Shown here: positions 27,055 through 32,000 of the stretch, in pieces | Numbering within the stretch: the first letter of the stretch is position 1 | Layout: each line of letters begins with the position of its first letter | DNA from: an uncultured archaeon | GTDB lineage: Archaea > Iainarchaeota > Iainarchaeia > Iainarchaeales > JAAZKV01 | Direction of reading: 5' to 3' | Assembly: GCA_964551375.1 (NCBI GenBank) | Contig: CAZKBG010000001.1 | Location: 30,001 to 62,000 of the forward strand | DNA: 32,000 nt | Program-made: the position numbers and the translations under genes | Notes under the pieces: model-generated | The model's database searches: none | What the model was told of the DNA's origin: nothing | The model's input: only the letters and a program-made list of their open reading frames with translations

Positions 27055-27654
27055 ATGCCAAATAATTCCAATAAACCCTCAAAAGTCCGCCTCACTGGCG
27101 CAGCTCGAGAGGAGAGATTAACAGTTCTAAAATCAGCAAGAAAATTTAAGGAACTTAATTTGTGGTACGCAAAAGAAGCACGAAGAATGGGATTAACTAC
27201 TGCGAAAATTGCTCACGGGGTGGGCGCTGAAATTCAAATCTTTATTTTAAAAAAGCTAAAATTAGAAGAGCAAGCAAAAAAGCGCGCAATAGAACTCATC
27301 ACAGAAGATGGGCGAAATATGGTTTTAATGGTGGAAGCCAATGCAAGAATTCCTTATAAAAAAGCAGATTTTATTGCAAGGATTGACCATGCGTTAAAAA
27401 TATTGCCGGATGTTAAGGAAGCTCTCATAAAAGAAGTTCCTCATGGAAAAGAAATTATTAAAGGACTTCCAGGGGTTAGAGAAAAACTCGCCTCAGACCC
27501 AAGAACAACCTCTGTAGGCGGAGCAGGAATAATGCAGGATATTTCTCTGATAAATCTCCTCAAACTCCAGCAAATCCTTGGAAAAGAAAAATTTAGCGAA
27601 TTAACAAGGCTAACTGCGCAAACAATGGATGAAGTTAGGAAAAGAGGATATTGA
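27055..27654 (+). CDS. Hypothetical protein, 199 aa
   Basis: Long ORF; charged alpha-helical composition. Confidence 0.55.
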   Translation: MPNNSNKPSKVRLTGAAREERLTVLKSARKFKELNLWYAKEARRMGLTTAKIAHGVGAEIQIFILKKLKLEEQAKKRAIELITEDGRNMVLMVEANARIPYKKADFIARIDHALKILPDVKEALIKEVPHGKEIIKGLPGVREKLASDPRTTSVGGAGIMQDISLINLLKLQQILGKEKFSELTRLTAQTMDEVRKRGY

Positions 27655-27834
27655 AAAAAAGGAATTTAATTTTTTAAAATAACTCTCATTAAATAACTCA
27701 TTTTGTTGGACATTAATTTTGCTAATGTTTTTACAGTTGTGATATTTTATTTGTTTTTCATATATAGTGTATATTTTTACTTTATTCTCTTAACTTAGAA
27801 GGTTTTTTCGAATTATCGTCTCAAGTATATCCTC

Positions 27835-28647
27835 GTGGTTGAAATGAGAAAAGAATCCGCGGTTTTAGTTGAAAAGACAATGAATGCCCAGAGTGATATT
27901 TGGGGAACAAAAGCGAGTGATTGGGCAACTTATCAGGAGCCCGCGCATATTGCAATTTACAGCGCAGTACTTTCAGAAACAGGCGCCGGGGTTGGAAAGA
28001 AAATTCTTGATGTTGGGTGCGGAACAGGATTATTTTTAGAAATGGCTTCAAAAACCGGTGCTGAAATCACCGGAGTTGATTTCTCTCCAGGATTTCTTGA
28101 ATTTTCAAAGCAAAGACTTCCAGAAGGAGATTTTCACTTAGCTGAAATGGAAAAGCTTCCATTTGCTGACAATACCTTTGACGCAGTGGTTGGAGTAAAT
28201 TCCTTCCAATTCTCAAAAGATCCCGTTAAAGCGTTTAAGGAAGCAAAAAGAGTGTCAAAAGACAAAGTAATAATTAGTTTTTTCACTTCTCCCAAAGAAA
28301 ATGACTTATTTGATTTCATCTCAAGCGTTCGCCCGTTTATGCCTCCTGAATTTTCAAACGGACCAACCCCGTTTACTCTTTCAAAAGAAGGAAAATTTGA
28401 AGAAGTTGCAAAAAATGCGGGACTTAAAATTATTGATAAGTTAAACGTAGAATCGCTTTGGACATATCCAAATATGGAAATCGCTCTAAAAGCTCTTGGC
28501 TCTTCAGGCCCTGCTGCAATGGCAATGAAAGGCGCAGATGCTAAGAAAGTAAAGGCTTCAATTGAATCTGCCCTAAAAAAGCACGAGACAAAAACAGGAT
28601 CTATTCAATTAAGGAACCGATTGAATTACTTTGTAATGCAAAAATAA
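27835..28647 (+). CDS. Class I SAM-dependent methyltransferase
   Basis: 270 aa. 'KILDVGCGTGLFLEMASKTGAEITGVDFSPGFLEFSKQR', 'LPFADNTFDAVVGVNSFQFSKDP'. Confidence 0.92.
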   Translation: MVEMRKESAVLVEKTMNAQSDIWGTKASDWATYQEPAHIAIYSAVLSETGAGVGKKILDVGCGTGLFLEMASKTGAEITGVDFSPGFLEFSKQRLPEGDFHLAEMEKLPFADNTFDAVVGVNSFQFSKDPVKAFKEAKRVSKDKVIISFFTSPKENDLFDFISSVRPFMPPEFSNGPTPFTLSKEGKFEEVAKNAGLKIIDKLNVESLWTYPNMEIALKALGSSGPAAMAMKGADAKKVKASIESALKKHETKTGSIQLRNRLNYFVMQK

Positions 28648-28692
28648 TTGTGTGATTCATAAATATTTCTCAAAGTCTTTCGTATTAAAAGA

Positions 28693-29355
28693 TTGTCAAA
28701 ATCACAATATATGGGACACTTTTTATTTTTGAAAAGCTTAAATAATTCCTCAACCCCCTATCATCTGTTTATGCCACCAGGGGTTTATCGAAAAATCAAA
28801 CGCTTTATTGCAAAGAAAAAAGCAAGAGTAATTCGCACAGTTCCAGTTACAATGGAAGAACTCTTGACTAAACCAATCTATTTCCAAGCAGGGGCTAAAA
28901 AAGCTCAGCAAAATAAGAGCTCAAGTTTTGCTTTCAAAAATAAGTACAGAATGCATGACTCTTTTTTGTCACGTTACAAAGGGAAGATAAAAGTTTTTGC
29001 AGACATAGGGTGCGCGCTTAATCAAGGTGCCCCAGCAACGCAAGCATCAAAAAAAGCCCTTGGGGCAGGCTCAAAAGTATACGCTGTTGACATCTTCCCG
29101 CTGCCAAAAGGCCACAAACCTGTTAATTTTATTCCAGTAATTCACTCAATAGTAAAGGGGAAACTGCCTCAGCAATGCGATGCAATAAGAATGGCAAACT
29201 TATCGAATCACCTTACTCCTGAAGAGAACCGCGCGGCACTAATTCATGTTCATGCAAGCCTAAGAGAAGGGGGATTTTTACTCGGCGCAAGACTCGACGA
29301 CCAATTCATCCTCCAAAAAAGAGGGGCTGGATTTAGGATAGTTGCAAGATTTTGA
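28693..29355 (+). CDS. Rossmann/SAM-methyltransferase-like protein
   Basis: 220 aa, probable real start MPPGVYRK (about 28771). 'KIKVFADIGCALNQGAPATQASKKALGAGSKVYAVDIFPLP' resembles motif I/II. C-terminal 'ALIHVHASLREGGFLLGAR'. Confidence 0.6.
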   Translation: MSKSQYMGHFLFLKSLNNSSTPYHLFMPPGVYRKIKRFIAKKKARVIRTVPVTMEELLTKPIYFQAGAKKAQQNKSSSFAFKNKYRMHDSFLSRYKGKIKVFADIGCALNQGAPATQASKKALGAGSKVYAVDIFPLPKGHKPVNFIPVIHSIVKGKLPQQCDAIRMANLSNHLTPEENRAALIHVHASLREGGFLLGARLDDQFILQKRGAGFRIVARF

Positions 29356-29416
29356 TGACACTCTGAAACTGATACATAACAATTAGTCTCACTTTTAGTT
29401 TCTGGTGTGTGTTTGT

Positions 29417-29806
29417 TTAATTTGGGGTGTTAGGGTTGTATTCAAATCCTTGGGGCATGGGGTATTCTTCAAAGCAATTGTTTTGGTCATGTCTCCATAT
29501 TTTTTCACAAGAAGCATCGCATTTTTCCTTATTGTATTCGGCTGCATCTATGCATATACTATTGCATGATTCAAATTTAGAAGTTGCTTTGTCTGTGCAG
29601 TATTCGCTAAGCCCTTTCCATAATTGGTAGTCAATTCTATGAGTTTGGCTGTTTAAGTCGCCGGCCCTTGCCTCAAGAACTGCAACTTTGTTTTCAAGAG
29701 CAGCAATCTTCGCTGCGCTGGGGTCATCAGCAACTGATTGAGTGCATCCGAAAATGAATGTTAAAGCAATTAGTGTGATTATTAAAAATCCAGTTTTAAA
29801 TTTCAT
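29417..29806 (-). CDS. Predicted lipoprotein with short coiled coil and Cys-rich C-terminus
   Basis: 129 aa. 'LIALTFIFGCTQS', then 'KIAALENKVAVLEARAGDLN', then a C-rich segment. Confidence 0.7.
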   Translation of the reverse strand: MKFKTGFLIITLIALTFIFGCTQSVADDPSAAKIAALENKVAVLEARAGDLNSQTHRIDYQLWKGLSEYCTDKATSKFESCNSICIDAAEYNKEKCDASCEKIWRHDQNNCFEEYPMPQGFEYNPNTPN

Positions 29807-29886
29807 GACTTAGTAAGGTTTTCCTGTTATAAATATCTTTCTAAAACGCTGGACTAATACATAACTTGATACATAACTTTGAACTC

Positions 29887-30256
29887 ACTTTTGATTTAGG
29901 CTTCTTTTAGTCTTGTCCTTTATTTCCAAGGTCGCCTCAATCCTTTGGTGACCCAAAATTTTCGCGCAAAAACCTGACGTAACCCTTCATTTTGGCACGT
30001 CAACTGACGTAAAGAATTGATAAAGTCCTTCATTTAGCCAATTTGACGCACTTTAGAGTTTCGTCTGATTTTGAAAGTGGCTCAAAATGCCCTAAAATCA
30101 ACCCTTTTTCAATGCGTAATGTCGGATAATCATTCTTATCCGGTATTTCCCCTTCACAAAATATGTAAGTTTTTTTAAAAGTGCCCTGAATAATTTAGTA
30201 GTGGAAGTCCGCCACCGTGGGGGTGGCATAAATAAAGGTGGCCTAAAATCAAAAGT
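29887..30256. other. Noncoding segment bounded by an imperfect ~15-nt inverted repeat, with internal short repeats
   Basis: Left 'cttttgatttaggc' (29888-29901); right 'gcctaaaatcaaaag' (30241-30255), reverse complement 'cttttgattttaggc'. Internal 'ctgacgtaa' at 29974 and 30004. Confidence 0.45.
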
Positions 30257-30327
30257 ATGGAAAACAGCCCCTATATTGTTATGTATAAAGTAAGATTAAT
30301 ATTTGAGTTTGGCAGTTAATTTTCCTT

Positions 30328-30516
30328 ATGAAAGCGCCAAAAACAATAACAAGCCGAGGAGTCCTTGGACTTAGGACTTCAAAAAAAGCCAGGCCAATGA
30401 GTTCAACAACTGCTTGGGCAGCTGGGGGCCAAAATCCAGCTAGGAAAATGACTCGAAAACAGGAGCGGCTGATGAAAGATTATCTGCGCTACTTGGAAGA
30501 GAATCGCAAACAATGA
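30328..30516 (+). CDS. Small basic protein, 62 aa
   Basis: ATG after an AT-rich leader. 'MKAPKTITSRGVLGLRTSKKARPMSSTTAWAAGGQNPARKMTRKQERLMKDYLRYLEENRKQ'. Confidence 0.45.
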   Translation: MKAPKTITSRGVLGLRTSKKARPMSSTTAWAAGGQNPARKMTRKQERLMKDYLRYLEENRKQ

Positions 30517-30847
30517 CTGGGGTTATCGCAGACAATGAATTGAATTGTTGTCCACAGATCTATCCAAATCAACACACAAAACAAACCCTATTTTTTCATT
30601 AAACTGATTTTAAGCATTTTTGACTAATTTCAGCCTAAATTTGAACTTTATTTGTTATGGTGGCTTATGGCTAATTAGTGGCTAAAGTTAGATAATGGTT
30701 ATTTTGAAGGGGGGTTGGGGATTGTAAAAAATGTCCAAGAAAGTGAGTGAATTTATTGAAAAACATAATTTTTGAGGCAGGTAAAGCCCAAAATAGTTAT
30801 GTTTAATTAAGGAATAAAGTGTTTCTTTTGCTAATAGTTTTTTCAAC

Positions 30848-31768
30848 TTATTTTTTAAAGGTTTTTGGCTTGGTTGATTTTTGCTTTGCCCAAGTATCGC
30901 TTCCACGGGCAAGAGCAATATTGGCAGCTACTTTGCGATACACTTTAAGCCCTGACCTAATGGCTCTTTTTATTGGGGTTCCTTTTTGTTTCTGCCCCTT
31001 TGGCGGGCCAAGTTTATCCAATAAAGGAGTAAGGCTTGGGTAGTATTTTTTTATAAGCGTTCTTGAAACCTCGTTTCGCTTATGTAGCCTCAAAGTATCA
31101 AGCAAAGTTGGGGCATATGAATAAACATGCGCTTCATTAACCACTCTAAATCTTCCCCACAATTTTAAAGTCAAAAAAGTGTCTTCATGAATTCGCTGAT
31201 CTTTTGGCATGATAATCTTTCTTGCCTCTTCCCTTCTAATGGCATAGCATCTCCCGTGAATTATTCCTTGGGTGAATGAATCAGGGTTGATTTTTGTTTT
31301 CATCACCATTTTCTTTGCGGGTTGAAATTTAGTCAATTTTTCATTCACATAAATCGCCTTTGCGCTTGCCGCGGCAAGGTTTGGCTCTTTATGGAGAGTT
31401 TTGAGCAGCTTTCCAAAACTATCTTCTTTTAGCACAACATCAGCATCAGCAAACAACAATACTTTTGACTTTGGATTGCTTCTTCTGACAAGCTCCATCC
31501 ATGCATTATTTTTTCCCTTTTCTTGTAGAACAAGCACTCTCACATGCGGGTCGCGCTTGGCAATTTCCAGCGCAATTCTTTCGCTGTTATCAGTGCTTCC
31601 ATTGATGCAAAATACAAGCTCTTTTTCAGCTGATGTTTTCCAAAGTCCGAGTCGGGTTATATTTTCATAAATATTTCTGATTGACTCTTCTTCGTTATAT
31701 GCCGGAATGCAGATTGAGAACATGAAGTAATTAGTTTTGTCTATGGTTATATACTTTTGTAAGGGCAA
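30848..31768 (-). CDS. GT2 family glycosyltransferase
   Basis: 306 aa. 'FSICIPAYNEEESIRNIYENI', 'CINGSTDNSERIA', 'VLLFADADVVL', 'HEDTFLTLKLW'. Confidence 0.88.
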   Translation of the reverse strand: MPLQKYITIDKTNYFMFSICIPAYNEEESIRNIYENITRLGLWKTSAEKELVFCINGSTDNSERIALEIAKRDPHVRVLVLQEKGKNNAWMELVRRSNPKSKVLLFADADVVLKEDSFGKLLKTLHKEPNLAAASAKAIYVNEKLTKFQPAKKMVMKTKINPDSFTQGIIHGRCYAIRREEARKIIMPKDQRIHEDTFLTLKLWGRFRVVNEAHVYSYAPTLLDTLRLHKRNEVSRTLIKKYYPSLTPLLDKLGPPKGQKQKGTPIKRAIRSGLKVYRKVAANIALARGSDTWAKQKSTKPKTFKK

Positions 31769-31860
31769 GAGCAGCTTTTTGGCAAGTGATTTTTTAAAAA
31801 AAAATCAAAAACCCTTAGTGAATATATTTTGTTTTAAGGAAAAAGAGTATTCTATTGGGC

Positions 31861-32000
31861 TTATTTTTCAAGAACTGAAAATGCATGTTTCCATATATTC
31901 TGCCTTGCGCCATATCTTACCCAAAGAACAACAAGCGCTTCAAGCCAATAGGACTCATTAATTTCGCCTAAATCAATTATTTTTTCCCAGCCTAATTTTT
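31861..32000 (-). CDS. 3' end of a CDS running off the window (45 C-terminal aa)
   Basis: Manual translation: KLGWEKIIDLGEINESYWLEALVVLWVRYGARQNIWKHAFSVLEK*. Plausible codon composition; the stop is the complement of 31861-31863. Confidence 0.6.
   Translation of the reverse strand, partial: KLGWEKIIDLGEINESYWLEALVVLWVRYGARQNIWKHAFSVLEK

Noticed and set aside
29974-30050. 'ctgacgtaa' repeats as a mini-CRISPR
   Set aside because: The conserved core is only about 9 nt and the spacing is irregular (30 then about 38 nt), which does not fit CRISPR repeats.
30688-30918. Minus-strand 76-aa ORF overlapping the end of the GT2 gene
   Set aside because: Overlaps the GT2 C-terminus out of frame and continues into AT-rich noncoding sequence; no motif or start-site support.
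1-32000. tRNA/rRNA genes
   Set aside because: Scanning by eye for TTCGANNCC-type T-loops in intergenic regions found none in a plausible cloverleaf context; tRNAscan-SE would be decisive.

Overview
AT-rich archaeal-looking window, probably DPANN and possibly Diapherotrites-like. The guess rests on class III 'QGTIEYL' signal peptides, TATA-like promoters, U-tract 3' ends and many small exported proteins. I found no rRNA, tRNA or CRISPR array. The left end has a processive GT2 polysaccharide synthase next to a short UDP-glucose dehydrogenase-like protein. Then comes a same-strand cluster (3215-14196) of three exported, modular, Cys-rich surface proteins (1427, 1828 and 355 aa) that share modules. 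The second contains an exact-period 519-bp (173-aa) tandem array. On the opposite strand is a 904-aa class III signal-peptide (pilin-like) protein with 2 Ig-like and 3 malectin/CBM-like repeats. The rest is small hypothetical, membrane and lipoprotein genes, methyltransferase-like genes, a flavodoxin, a DUF1801-like protein, and an exported protein with possible CHAP/NlpC-like and lysozyme/SLT-like signatures. Best leads: (1) the modular Cys-rich surface locus with its 519-bp array; (2) the pilin-like protein carrying carbohydrate-binding-like repeats; (3) the possible archaeal exported muralytic protein; (4) a small paralogous family flanking the flavodoxin; (5) a structured ~370-bp intergenic segment bounded by an imperfect inverted repeat. 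All product calls come from reading motifs by eye, with no database search.
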